From Haplodiscus bocki (taxonomy: Eukaryota), in contig OZ296652.1 of assembly GCA_965655095.1 (NCBI GenBank), positions 72,044,001 through 72,108,000 on the forward strand: a stretch of DNA of 64,000 nucleotides, written 5' to 3'. Below are positions 1-12,932 of this stretch, piece by piece (within the stretch, counting starts at the first letter, position 1; every line of letters begins with the position of its first letter). Position numbers and translations under genes: made by a program. Below the pieces are notes generated by a model that was given only the letters and a program-made list of their open reading frames with translations, did no database searches and had not been told where the DNA came from.

Positions 1-890
1 CCTAAATACACACAAAGGATTAACGCCCTAGTCATCGACGGAACATTGCTGCAATACAAAGGAAAGTAGACGATATGGTTCCCATCATGAAAAAAAGAGT
101 GCAAAACGCTACTGCTATAGCCGTTACTATTATTATTATCGTATCACCTATCAAAAAGGTAGTTAGATCCACTCCAGGAGTCTTTTTAGAGGACCAGAGA
201 ACCTAAAAAACAACATTGAGTTTCATGAGATGGTAGGGAACAATCCTGGAACGCCGTATTTGGCCAGTTGAATTAAAAGGACTTGACCAATTTAGCGGGG
301 AAAATGATGACCTGTACGTTGAGGACACTTCAGAGAATGTTAACGGAAAATTCTGCTGTTTCCAAAATAATACTCAATATCAGCAAGGCCTTTTTACTAC
401 TAATCCAATTGTATTTTTCTATGCGAAAAAGAATTTTTCCTTGGAGTTTTCATAGTTTTCGCAGTTGAGCCACCGAAAACGTAAAATATTGCCCGCTGAG
501 CCTCTTGTTGCTATCTTGTTTAAAAAATTTAGCTCATTTGCATAGAATGAGATTGAGAAAAAATGCTGAAAAATCACTGGTCATTCTAGCGATTAAGTCC
601 ATAGTTCATCTTATTTATCTTGCTAATATTTGTATGATTTTTTTTGTTTGGTTATGAAAATTTTGTAAAAATTGGAACTTTGACACCAAACCTCACCAAG
701 ATCTTGCCAGGAAACAACAATGTTCACAAGAAATTGCAGCCTGACGAAAAGTTTCTCAGCTCTGGATGATGATTTGAAAAGTGTCAATTTTCATTCAGAA
801 ATAACGATCATAAGTTCGTTGCCATCTGAAGCTCTTTTGACCAGAACCGGGATTTGATTCAACAGTGCACACGAATTCAACCGTTTAAAC

Positions 891-1837
891 TGGATCTGTC
901 TACTCCGGGTCTGAGTTAACTGAATTGCCGGTCCGACAAGCAAAGAACTCCGCTTCAGGAAGGGGGTCATTCTGAAAACGATCCCCAGTTAGTTCCCGGG
1001 TTTCCACGTCATTGTTCCGGGATGTTCTCGGAACGGTTCCGGAGAGAGTCCATACCTGTGGGCTCAAGAGAAAGTTGTCTAATTTATACAGAGCACCAAA
1101 AATGCAAAACTCTGTCCTGCTGAATTCCTCTGGCAGTTTTTTTATTGAACCTCATTTCAATCTCCTCAAAAACCTGGTCATGTATTCCTCAGTAATTCCA
1201 GGCACGAACGTGTTCTGTGACTGGGCGTTCCTACGATGTTCTTGTGTTTCCCCTGAAACAGCTGCCATCTTTCGCTTGTTTCCTAATGGTGGCATCTCTT
1301 GAGGGGTAAATGTTCAACAGTAGTGAAGACTGATTTTTTTGCGTTTTTTTGATCAACTTCAGAGATTATAAGAAAAGTGTTTTTTTTTGAATAAAGCAAT
1401 CGCCACAATCTTTACAGTCAACTGATAGTTCAAGTGGAAAAAGCTTCTTTAGTATTACTTAAAAATTAAATTACTTTCGTTTCTCCTATTTATACCTTTT
1501 CCTTGGCGGGGAACATAGTCGTTTACACGACAAGTGAAGGTACAATTAGGGAAAAGCATTTCAATCATTTTAACTATAAATGAACAATGCCAACTATGAC
1601 TGGAAATAAACACCTTTTCATCCATCTCTTTCCTCATAGACAGCGATTCTGTCTCAATCTGGATTGATACACGGGGGTGATATGTATATGACACGTATTC
1701 ACTACAAGAAATATTTTTAACAGATAAAAAAACATAAAGTCCAGTGTTTGTTAGTTCCATCTATTTCCTAGACGATTCGGGGATGTCCTTTTCGTCCGGC
1801 AATACTTGCCCGCAGGCTTCGCGTACGTGCTCCGACT
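891..1837 (-). repeat. 3' LTR of the Gypsy element
   Basis: Follows purine tract AAGAAGAAAGGGAG (minus, 1851-1838). Starts AGTCGGAGCAC, homologous to the TGTCGCAGCAC starts of the solo LTRs at 38221 and 41921. Ends ...GATCCA at 891. 1060-1580 is nearly identical to 10897-11417. Confidence 0.75.
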
Positions 1838-2450
1838 CTCCCTTTCTTCTTGGAAAGGACATCCTCAGATTCATTTTCCCTTTGTGCCTTCTGGGTGGCG
1901 GCGGAGGGGAGGGGATTGATGGCAGCGAGATTCTCCGAACTCATCATCTGAATAGAAACAACTCAGGTCAGTTGATGTCTCTAAAATGTCGACAAAACCA
2001 ATTTTCATCTACGGCGTTGAAATTGATGGTGTTTCTGAGCTTGTCGGCGTTTGGGGTTTTTTCCTGTCAATGTATTCCAAATACACCAAATACTATTTGC
2101 TCTACTCCAAATAGTACCACTACCGTTCTTGCTAGATTTCTGAGACGGTTAAGTGGTAGGTTTAGATCATTTAAGCTGAGGGGATTTATTGCATCTTGTC
2201 TCCCATAGCCACGGGGAGTAGCTCGGTCATTGAAGTCAGAATTAATTGTTTTTATTTGTGGTTCCGAAGAGGCCACGGACGAGATTGTAATAACTTCCCT
2301 CGCGGATGCTCCGGACAATTCCGTGGAATTTACTATGTCAGGTGTGGTATTCGTCGGTGGTTCTGATCACTCGACGATTATTCCATGTATAAGACGTCAG
2401 AATCATTAGAGTTGGAAGAATTCATAATGCTCAATTTGGGAGAAAATCGA
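1761..2450 (-). pseudogene. Pro/Ser-rich terminal accessory ORF running through the PPT into the 3' LTR
   Basis: ...NPLSLNDLNLP... and ...PSPPPPPRRHKGKMNLRMSFPRRKGESEHVREACGQVLPDEKDIPESSRK*. The same C-terminus (SQHTCEACGHALP) is encoded at the start of the solo LTR at 41921. Confidence 0.55.
1838..1851 (-). promoter_or_regulatory. Polypurine tract
   Basis: AAGAAGAAAGGGAG on the minus strand, abutting the 3' LTR start. Confidence 0.7.
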
Positions 2451-3159
2451 AATTTGATGGAGTTTATTGATTTCAACAGAATGATTTGAAAAAGTGCAGT
2501 AAAAAGTACGGGAATTGTTGGTAGATATTCATTAGGTGGGAACTCTTTTAACGTCCCCACGATAAAGAACAGGATTGATGAAGTCAAGTAACTATCAGTA
2601 TCAAGTGAAGTTGATAACCTGTAAACAAAATGATAAATGGAAAATTTGAAAACGAGGAACTTTTAGGTATCGCACCTCAACGCAGCCTCGAGAATACATG
2701 CTGACGTCATTGCTGGCAGGCACTTACTCATACTTGAAGTAAATTTTGTTGAGTTTTTATTGAATGAAAATGTAAATCCGCCATGTAATAGCCACGTCTT
2801 GCATTGACTAACCATTAATGGGTAATTCATCGAAAAAAATGGGGTCACGTCCGTTTCAGCGGAAACAATACTGAATGTGGAGGTGGAGAATTAGCGATAG
2901 ATTAAGAAGTTACGGCCAGAAGTTTCCCTTGATACGTGTCCCTTGATTCCCCTTTTGTCCTCAACTTTGATGCAGCTGGCAGAAAAGAAGAGGAGTGTGT
3001 TAAAGGAGCGTTGGAGAACTTGAGCGGCAAGACTGGTGCCGAAACTGAGCCATCATGTGAAAGTGCCGCATACAATGAGAGCGAGGGAGAGCTTACAGAT
3101 ATTGATGGCGATGGACGAGGGGTGAGGTTGCACAATTTGAGGAATTCACTTTTGCCGAC

Positions 3160-4442
3160 GCATTGATGTAGGCCATTTTACAGTCGGAAACCATTCTGGA
3201 GGGCATCGTCAGTCCACCCGAACTGTCTTTGTGTTTGTCTAATTCTTTATTCTCATTACGTCATGTTTGTAGGAATTTTATAGTGGCCGTCCGTGTTTTC
3301 CATAATATACTTTACAGCGCGCGCTTATGCAAGAAGAGTACACCATGGGCTACTATGCTTTACTGTTCCCTTTTTCCCGGGAGCCTGCTGCTTGTCCGGG
3401 AGGTGTTGTTGTGGATTTTCCGGATGGTTCGGGAACTGAGTTTGAAGTTGCGCGTGTGACATCCTGTAACGAGGTGCCCAGTGCTGCACAGAGTCCTCCT
3501 GTGGATTTCGCTTCAAGTTTGTGAGTTTGTGGCAACATTTAACTTGCACTTGGAAGAGTTCGCTACGAGGGTCTCTTTGCGGTATCTTAACTGGTCCCGT
3601 TGAAGCTGCTTTGTTTTTCTCTGGGGTAGGCGACATCTCAACTGAAGTAGAAACAAGGAGCTATACTAGACATACTCACGCAGTAGTGATTTGACGCCTG
3701 GTGCCCCTCGCTAGTAGAGCCCCAGTCCCAGTTTTAATTGGCAGCCGCGAGCGCAGTCGGGAGTTTTTCGCAGGAGGCATTCGACAATGATATGTATTGC
3801 TTTGACTGAGATTATTCTTGTGACAATCTGTAAAGGTTCCACAATTCAGTGATCTTTGTTTCAGGGATTTGCAGAACCGAACCTGCTGCAACTCCAATCA
3901 ACGCGACGGGGCATGAGCTTGTGACTTTGTGCCCATCCATTTGCCCGGAGGAGAGGGCACAAAGTCTAGAACCTCTGATGAGCAGAAAGTATCATCTCGG
4001 TATCATCCATCTATGTCCTTTCTCATGTCTTCATCGTATACTTGATTGTTTACCAGGTTGGAAGATTTGTTGGGCCCTGTAGAGCGCATGGAATAGGTTT
4101 TATCACATGCTGTGCCTCAAGTCGTTGAAATCACTGACACCAGCGGCGTTGAGACTGATGGTAGTCAGCCGCGCAGAAGAGTTTTTTGAAAGTGGATGTA
4201 CAAATTGAAGAATGTTTGAGGGCGGCTGAACTGGGTTGTATCTTTGTGACTGGTGCACCAGATGCAGCCGGCAAGCCCAGTCATTTATACTACCGTCCCC
4301 CAGTCAATCCTCAGAAACAATCCCATCGTGATTAATATCCGAGCTTTTCCTCAGCTATGACGCCCAAGCGTTCACGTGGTATATGGCGACATAGTTGGCG
4401 AGACGGAAAGGACGCAGCCGTAATTTAAATGGGGTTGCCATG
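3160..4442 (-). pseudogene. Decayed accessory ORFs downstream of pol (unknown function)
   Basis: ATG near 4442 starts MATPFKLRLRPFRLANYVAIYHVNAW..., with scattered stops. A second start at 3636 gives MSPTPEKNK... GC is higher than in the flanks. Confidence 0.45.
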
Positions 4443-5099
4443 ATGTTAACACAGTTTTCTCTGAACTTGTAAACTACTGTTTTTATTGTCTTCAAACGCC
4501 ATCGTTGCGGCAATTGCCGATGGGCTGTTTTGTTTAATTGTAAATATCAGCAATAGTCCAGTATGAATTTGTATTCTAGTCTGATTTAAGTCTCGCGTAT
4601 AACATCTGATTTCAGTATTGGAAACCGTGTTTTTGAAGCGCGCAGTACTGAGCAATAAAGGATATAGTCGCCAGCCAGTGTCTGCAAATGAAACGGCAGA
4701 GGCTCTCGAATTAATACGTATCGGTTCCCTAACACGTTCCTGGGATTTTACAAAAGTATGCGTGTACTTTCTGTGGAACATACTAACGTAGACGGTAAGT
4801 TTAATATCTGTAATCTTCGTTACGGTTAGGCTTCGGATTGTGACGTAGGTCGTGTTTTGTAATGCGGGTGTTAATGAAATGAAGGCTAGGTTGTTCCGGC
4901 TTCGTCTCCGCATTAGGTCCCATATAGTGATACGTATCCGTTCCGTCACATATTCCCTCTGTTGGGGGAAAATTTCTGAGGAACTTTCTCGTGTTGTTCC
5001 CGGTATGCTACAGATTTCGGCATTTGTGTGGTTCGATTCTATCGTCATTCCGCATGGGATAAATGGGCTAGTGTCACCTTTACTGTTGTTAAAATTGGG

Positions 5100-6500
5100 G
5101 TCTCCAAAATCGGACTCTCATGCTCTGGCGTATAAATAATCAAGTTCAATGAAGATTTCAGGATCAGGTTTCTAATCCTGTGAAGTGGTTGGTACGTCAG
5201 GTATGGGTTCTTTCAGGTGAACGCTGGTAGTCGCGTGCGATGATAGTTAGGCGTTTTTTTTTCGTTTCAACTTTGCGTACTAAGTAGTTGTTGTTTAGTA
5301 GGGCTCCTTCAACGATGTAAGGCCAAATCCAACTGAAATCTAAGAAAAAATTCTACTGCCTTGATGTTCTGCTTGAGGTTTTAGCACAAAAACGCAATTG
5401 CGTTCTTTGATTTTAGAAGCACTTGTGTTTTTGTCAAAGTAGGCTTTGTAATTGGTGAGCGATTGCTTTACATTTTTCTGCACATCTTGCAAAACCATTT
5501 CTTTTTGCTCAAAAACACCTTGGCCAATCTGGGAAATGAGCATAGCTGATTGCTGTACACTAATGCCTTTTTTCAATTCAAGAACATTTTTCGTAACACG
5601 TCCGTGAAACATTCGACTATATTCGCACCCAATGCTTGTGTAGTAGGCCCTGTTGTAGTTTGGGACAGCAATGTTGACATACTTGTGCTACATTGATCTT
5701 CGTTAGCCTGCTTCTTATTTGAATGCTCTCTTTAATGAAGCATGTGTTCCCTCGACCATGCCAATCAACCGTTCATGCTTAGTTGTGGCATGTTGTAGAG
5801 TGATTCCAAAGACACCTGTTACTTCTTTTATCACTTGGGATAAAAAAGTTGATCCCTTGTCAGAAGTGACCGTCGTCGGCAAATATGCATGTTTGGTCAT
5901 GGTGTTAAATATGATGCTTCCAACTAGTTGGTTCGTTGTAGGGTAGGCAAACATATATCTGGAAAACACATCCGTGGTTGTAACGATGTCGTGGTAGCCA
6001 CCAGACAGAGGTAGTTCTGGAACCAGTTCATTTTTCATGGCATCTTTGGGTCCTGTGATCTGTTCACTAGGGTATTGTTGGGGTCGGCGGGTTAATTTGT
6101 TAACGATTTGTGATTTTTGATGCATTGCTGACTCGACATGACCCATTTTCTGTATAATTGCGGCATGTTTGGGTAGTAGTACTTCTGTGTGTACGCATTT
6201 ATTCCCTTGGTGGTTCCATGATGTCTACCAAAATCTCCGCGTAGGTTCCTGAGTATTTGATCAACAAGCTGTTTTGGTAAACGAACTTGGTATAAATTCA
6301 AACTAAGAGTTTCTCATTAGTACATTAGTATTTCTGGAACAAAATGCCATCTTTGAGTATTATGCCATTCTCAATTGCTGTGTAGTACTTGTATCGTTTA
6401 TAGTTGCCTGCAGCACTTCATGATAAAGTTGGCGTATGAATTTCGTTTTAAAATTCTTCAGTACTAGATCAAAGTTTTGCTCTAATAGTAGTGGTGCATT
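5100..6500 (-). pseudogene. Integrase remnants
   Basis: GDFGRHHG..YTQKYYYP (H2C2 region), LVPELPLSGGYHDIVTTTDVFSRYMFAYP, SDKGSTF and GMVEGTHASLK (rve core). Confidence 0.85.
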
Positions 6501-6879
6501 TGCTTTGATTCCATTCATGGCCAATAATGTAGTGTTTTTCTGGCAATCTACATAAACTCTTTGACACTAGTTTTCCAGGAGGATGGTTCTTCATTTGTTA
6601 TCCACTCTCTCGCATCATGCAGGGTTTGTTCTTCTTGTTTCAAGGTCTGTTCTTCTGACTGATTTTCGTTGTCTGCTTGGGAGAAGAAGAACTGTTTTTC
6701 ATGAAGGACATCCGAGGGGACTGTTGTCACCTGAATTGGTGTTGTCTGTATGTCTTCTCGGTTTTAGAGACGTACCTTCTCCGTAACTTCAAACTCCAGT
6801 CTGGAGAGGAAGTCAGCGGCTGTGGTGAAGGAAGGAACATGCAATATGTGTTTTTTAATTTTAAGTTGCAAACATATGC

Positions 6880-8260
6880 ACATGCGTTCCACTGCGCAAC
6901 TGGAATTACTTTCCTCTAGAAGAAACGTTTGACTGATTTTTCATCTATTGGGACAGACGTTGGTTTTGTTGTCTCCATAAAATATATGCATTTTCGTGAA
7001 ATGCCATATAGGTTGCTAAGGATCCTCTCGAGTAGATGGAAAAATGGAGTTGGTTGCGCAGTGGAGAGGTTTTCTGATCCGAGCGCCACGGGGGCGTACG
7101 TTTTCCGTTCTCATTGGATTTTCTGGTCTGCGTTACCCTCGGTCATGAGGGCATAAATAGTGCATCTGACGCTTGCATCCTACATCAAGACAAGCAATTT
7201 TCCTGGAACTGGTTGTTTTAACGCCAGTTCGCAAGCATTGTTGAGAACCTTGTTAACTGAATCAAATGATTTTTCAGTTCCCAGGAGAAACTGAATGGTG
7301 TTTCTACTTTGAGTAATTCGTAGAATGATTTAAGTTTTTCAGCCATCCTGAAAAAATACTTTATGTAGCAGTTCACAAAGCCCAGGTTGCACTGTAATGC
7401 CTTCAATGATTTAGAGAAATTGAGTTCTCTGGGAAAATTTTGAATTTTCCAAGGTTGCCAAGAAGCTTTTTTTGGTGATATGGTTGTGCCAAGCAATCCA
7501 ACATGTATAACACCAAAACGGCACTTTTGTTTTGTCGGTTTGAATTCTGCTAGGCTAATGCACTGCAAAACTACTGGAAGGTTCCGGGTAAGATCCGTAG
7601 CATTGCTTAATGCATCTCAGTATCGCCTACGAAAAGAGCAAATTGATCAGCTTTGACAACTGGGTCCAAATACTCACCCATTAAACTTCAAAAAGCAGGC
7701 ACAGATCTGCTGAGGTCTTGTGCAAATCTATTTTGGGCAAAATTTCTGGCAGAAAATTTGATTTCAAGCAATTCAAGTGACCGCTGGTACGCCATTTACA
7801 GGCAATGATAAGCTTGGAAACTTGGAGCTTGCAGAAGTGAGACTTTCCTGCTAAGTGCTGTGGTGCATCTGAAAAATTGCTGACTGCGTGAATTTTTGTT
7901 GGTATAATCATCTGCAATGAGAGTGTTGATTTTCTTGAGATCCAAAGGTAGACGTAGTTTTCTGTTGGGTTTTTTCTGTGCAATTATGGGATTGTGTACT
8001 TTGAAAAAAGCAGCAGTGTAATTATACCATAATTATGCATCAGAATCTATTCAACACTTAGGTCTTTTTTCAGTTGGATTGACGTTGGTAGGTTTCGGCT
8101 GTAAATAGTTTCATTATGTTTTGGCGTGAGTTTCACCTTGAACTCCCTGTTAATTCCATTGTTCTTTCTGTTTCTGGCAAAAATATCAAAATATTCAACC
8201 AAATATCTTCAACGGCTTTTTTTCAGTATGTCTAAGCAGTATGTCAATCCAATCAAATCG
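6880..8260 (-). pseudogene. pol: Reverse transcriptase and RNase H remnants
   Basis: Fragments such as HLAGKSHFCKL, KCRFGVIHVGLLG and LQCNLGFVNCY. The catalytic YxDD appears decayed to FVGD near 7625-7636. RNase H-like sequence at about 6900-7190. Confidence 0.8.
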
Positions 8261-8769
8261 CTCATTTTTCACACGATTCTGTTTCATCTTGTGGATTGAT
8301 TTTTTCTTTTGCCTTCAATTCAAGTAAATTTCTGATGATTCGTGTCTGTCTCGGAGTATGATCCTCAGGTTTGTCAGGACAATTGGGTGTCGGAAACCAG
8401 AATGTGTTGTTTTGCTCTTCTGGTTTGTGCAATTTAAGGATATCATTTTGGCAGGCAGTCAGATGCGGTTCACCTTCCGGAATCATATAGGAGATTGCTG
8501 CAACCACTGGTTTGATAAACTTGGATTGCTCCGGCGTGACAACGGAAAACTCTGCAATTGTTTATTCTTTTTAATCAGGTAAGGTGACTCCGTTGTGTTA
8601 GTTACTGCGCCTGCTATTTTCTTGTCAATTAATGTTGACATTGAGTGGGAAATCAGCAGACTTGCTGTCTTCGTGAAATTCTCCAGTGGTGTCACAGTGC
8701 CTGTTTTGTTCCATTCTGATGGATGATCAACCAGGTCTATGACTGCTTTCGTTGTCCTGGGTGGTAATC

Positions 8770-9282
8770 TCAGAGAGTCGTCAGTGACGACAGATTGTGG
8801 TTTGGATTAGTTTTGCTCGCAGCACTCTTGACTTGCATTCTCAAGTGCTGAAAAAGCATGAGACCCTGCCTCGTCTCAATGACTCCACTACTATGTCTCA
8901 TGAAATGCAAACCTATTATTGGCCCTGTCAAATTCCTCAAGACGACGAAATGTTCTGCAAAGGTAGTGTCTCGAATATCAAATTTGAGTGCGGTTGTTAC
9001 TAACGGTTTGTCTAACTGGCCATTAGCTACTTTTTTCCGAAAATGAGAGGGTCGTTGTTTTTGGAGACGTTGGCTGGGGTTTGTTGTTTGACTCTGTCCA
9101 ATTAGATTTTGGGCAATTGCACAGACATAGGCTCTTGAGTCTACTAAAGCGTCTTTTGCTAGTCCATTCTCGAAATCCAGAGGCACATACAGCATTTGTT
9201 TTCTGCCTTCCAGGACAATAGTGAAGGACAGTGGGAGATGCAATTCATTTGTTTGTTCATTTCTCACCAACCTCTCTTCCAT
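8770..9282 (-). pseudogene. Retropepsin aspartic protease
   Basis: ALVDSRAYVCAI (mutated DSG), VANG and IIGLHFMR motifs. Confidence 0.85.
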
Positions 9283-9699
9283 GTGAGGGGTTGTTTTTGT
9301 GAGCCGGGAATATTGTTATCTCTATTGCGGTTAGTCATTATGTGCCTATGTTTGGTCTGGATGTCCGTTTGACAACTAGTGGAGCTGTCGAAGAACGGTA
9401 CCAGTTTGTTCGCGGTGCGATTTTCTCCGAACTGTTGCCAGACAACAGTCTCAAAGCGTTGCTGCCGGAAAACCTGGAGATTTGATGGAGGTATTGTCGT
9501 TCTGATGGTCTCCGGTCTGTCAAGGGCAGTTCCAGAGTGAAGATGTGGCGTTTTTGAATTAGAGCTTAAGCCGGAGCCTAGACACTTCCATTTGGGTTCT
9601 TCTGTATACCTTGACGTTAATTCTGATTCTGTTTCGTCGGTCTTCTGTTCCAAGGAGGCGGTCTATTTGCTGCTTTGGCTCCAAAATATTATTTCTCTC

Positions 9700-11132
9700 T
9701 AAAGTGGCTGGTTTTTTGCAGCAGGTCTCACAGAATTGTTGTACAGCTCTTAAATTTGTGTCATTTCGGTTGTTGCTTTGTTAGCGTTGCTAATACTGGT
9801 ATCTTTGTTGTGAGGATTAAAAGTTGTCTGACCAATGTTATTAGTGTTCTTATCGTCAGCACTATTTTTGTTGCCCTTAGCTAGGATTTTCTCTCGCTTA
9901 GCTATGTTTTTAGCAAGGCAATGTGTTCGAGAATGGCCTGGTTTTGTGCAGTGGTGACATTTTGGCTTGCGTTTTTCAAGGTCTTGTTTTATGGAATGCT
10001 GTATCACAGTGTTTATTTGCACTTTATCTGGGGTTTCCAAACTGTTCAACTCTAACTCTATTTTTAGGTGCGACACATTCTGGTCATAGGTGCAGTTCTC
10101 CAATTGATCCTGATTCATGAATTTTATTCACGTGTGCAGACAGCTTGGCATATATGAATTGCTCAATAATCACTTGGGCAACAACTGCGAATGTGTCTTT
10201 TGCTAATTTCTAGAGTTCATCCAAAAAATCAATTAAATTCAGGTTCTCCGGGTTGAAAACTAGTCGTTGAATTTTTCGTTTCGTTGTAGCCTTTGACTGG
10301 GTTTTACCGTATTTTCTACGGAACACAGTCGGAATTTCTCCAAGATTCTCTCGGTTCGTGCTGCTGACGTCTTCGAACATACGCAGCGCGTCACCATTAA
10401 TGAGAGGTTGTAAAGAGTTTATTTTGCCATCATCCCTAAGCTGTTTGTGGATTTTGAGACTATTTTGGAACATATCTTCAAACAGTTCAACTTTCTCTGA
10501 TTTGCCATCGAAGGTAGGCATTGTTGTAGTGAGGGATTTGGCCAATTTGGAAATTCGACTGATGTTGTTGTTGACGTTGGCAGAAGTGCTATTACTTGCC
10601 AACAGCTGAAGGGCCATCAAAATCTGGTCTGCTTCAATCGTCGCAGGCGTGTTCTCACTGCGGAAATGCGGTTGACTGGTGGAGCGCGTCCTCATTTGTT
10701 TTCCTGAATAAGTCCGAGGCGAGCAACAGGGGAATTCTTCTTGAAATCCTGTCACCATGTGGGGTGTTTCGTCCGGATCGGAATCAATCGACTGGCTTGT
10801 CCGGCGGGTAGAGAACTCCACTGCCAGATGCGGATCACTCTGGGAACGCCCCCAGTTGGTTCCCGGTTTTCCACGTCATTGTTCCGGGATGTTCTCGGGC
10901 TCAAGAGAAAGTTGTCTAATTTATACAGAGCACCAAAAATGCAAAACTCTGTCCTGCTGAATTCCTCTGGCAGTTTTTTTATTGAACCACATTTCAATCT
11001 CCTCAGAAACCTGGTCATGTATTCCTCAGTAATTCCAGGCACGAACGTGTTCTGTGACTGGGCGTTCCTACGATGTTCTTGTGTTTCCCCTGAAACAGCT
11101 GCCATCTTTCGCTTGTTTCCTAATGGTGGCAT
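9700..11132 (-). pseudogene. gag: Gypsy gag (frameshifted) with zinc knuckle
   Basis: ORFs 10752-11132, 10210-10821 (MPTFDGKSEKVELFEDMFQNSLK) and 9750-10118 (CHHCTKPGHSRTHC, a CX2CX4HX4C motif). Confidence 0.85.
10743..10757 (-). promoter_or_regulatory. Primer binding site (TGGTGACAGGATTTC), possibly tRNA-Leu-like
   Basis: TGG directly after the LTR-terminal CA. The tRNA assignment is by resemblance only. Confidence 0.6.
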
Positions 11133-11570
11133 CTCTTGAGGGGTAAATGTTCAACAGTAGTGAAGACTGATTTTTTTGCGTTTTTTTGATCAACTTCAGA
11201 GATTATAAGAAAAGTGTTTTTTTTTGAATAAAGCAATCGCCACAATCTTTACAGTCAACTGATAGTTCAAGTGGAAAAAGCTTCTTTAGTATTACTTAAA
11301 AATTAAATTATTTTCGTTTCTCCTATTTATACCTTTTCCTTGGCGGGGAACATAGTCGTTTACACGACAAGTGAAGGTACAATTAGGGAAAAGCATTTCA
11401 ATCATTTTAACTATAAAGTAAAAAATGCCGACTCTGGTGGGAAATAAACACCTTTTCATCCATCTCTTTCCTCATAGGCCGCGTCTTTTCCATTTTTCGA
11501 CGGAAAATGTACTTGCCTAATGCGTCAGAAATGGACATCAAAGTGCTTATTCCCGCACCGACTCACCAGA
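10758..11570 (-). repeat. 5' LTR of the Gypsy element (outer boundary uncertain)
   Basis: Ends ...CCCCACA at 10758, directly followed by a TGG-starting PBS. TATAAATAGG on minus near 11322-11331. Homologous to 891-1640, 39028-39850 and 40334-41138. Confidence 0.75.
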
Positions 11571-12404
11571 TATTAGTATAATTGAAAAAATATCAAAGTT
11601 TTCTTTAATAGGAAAGTATTAAAAAATTCATCAATTATTGAAAAAGTAAAGTATGAATTCATGATTTCATGTAAAGAATGTTACCCGACTTCGAAGTCAA
11701 TAATTAGACGTCCGGAATCGGGATGGGGCTTCTTCCAATTGATTTTCAACGGATCATGCGAAGAGGCTTCTCCAGTTCAGATAACATAAAAGTCTGCAGC
11801 GTTGAGGTATGCCTTCTAGCATGAATGAGGTACACCGAAGGCAAGCGGCTTCAAGATGTCTGACTGAAAATTACTATTCAAACTTTGTTCAGACTTTGTT
11901 TCAGTCGTGTTTATGACAAATAATCGAAAACAAGTTCTGATCCAGATTTTTTCAAAATTATTACCGATAGCCTCATCCCTCCTGAAATAGAAAAAGGTTT
12001 GCAGAATTTAATCGATAAAATTTCATTGTTAAACTTGAAGCAAAATCTTAAACTGATTTCTGTGCGTTTTCAGACTTATCATTCTAGTCCTATTTCATAA
12101 TTTTGTGTTCCGCCATTCTAATGCAAAAAAGTTGACCTCAGATTTTTATGTCTGAGGAAGAAAAAAGGACGTCTAATGGTCCAAAACACGATATTAGAAT
12201 ATCTCGGTTCTATGGATGCCATCTCGTTTCCTGTGTTATCTTCTGAAGTTTTCTTTAAAAAGTGGTGATTAATTGAAGGAATATTTATAACATATTTCAA
12301 TCTATTTTTCTCACTACAGATTGTTTTTCTCAAACAGCCTTTCCCATTACAATCGTAATCAGTAGTTTTTCGAGTCTACCCCTTTTCGGCTGAGTTTATC
12401 AATT

Positions 12405-12800
12405 TCAATTCATTCTTTTTGAGGTGACGAATGAGCGTACAGCCTTGTCTATAGTTTCACGGAACCAAACATTGGTATAATAGAACAAGAGAGGATTCAC
12501 GTTGATTCCTACCACAAACAGAAGCAGCAATGAACTCTCTCCCCTCGGGTTTGGATTCGGGTTCGGGGAAAAGCCGTTGATTGTCTCCACAATTGCGAAG
12601 GGCATGTTGGTTATACCAAAAACTATAGAAATGAATGTAAACATCTTCTCAGTTTGTGCATCTGAATCTTCGCTGAACTCAAATGCCATGTACAAATTGT
12701 GCTTCAGGTAGTTTTTAGCCCCCGTGAAAAACCAAGTTAGGAGATCCAACTCATTTTGCATATCTTCCAGCTCCTCCCTGGTTGTTGCGTCGTCTCTTGA
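12405..12800 (-). CDS. GPCR terminal exon (ICL3 end, TM6, TM7, C-tail)
   Basis: TEKMFTFISIVFGITNMPFAIV (TM6 with Pro) and VGINVNPLLFYYTNVWFR (NPxxY-like plus helix 8), ending in a stop. The exact acceptor is uncertain. Confidence 0.75.
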   Translation of the reverse strand, partial: SRDDATTREELEDMQNELDLLTWFFTGAKNYLKHNLYMAFEFSEDSDAQTEKMFTFISIVFGITNMPFAIVETINGFSPNPNPNPRGESSLLLLFVVGINVNPLLFYYTNVWFRETIDKAVRSFVTSKRMN

Positions 12801-12932
12801 AGGCACGATATGAGGCAAAAAGTGTGCGTTTTGTTACAGATCTTTTTTAAAAACCACACTTGGTTTTTAGTCAAGAATCAGACTTGATTTCAAATTAGGC
12901 CACAAACAAAGATCGATTGTTTGAATAAGAAA

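Larger units (their letters stand above)
891..11570 (-). mobile_element. Degenerate near full-length Ty3/Gypsy LTR retrotransposon (LTR-gag-PR-RT-RH-INT-accessory ORFs-PPT-LTR)
   Basis: Domain order on minus strand: gag with CCHC knuckle, protease, RT, RNase H, integrase. Homologous direct repeats at both ends, a PBS and a PPT. Many stops and frameshifts. The 5' LTR may extend to about 11865. Confidence 0.9.
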
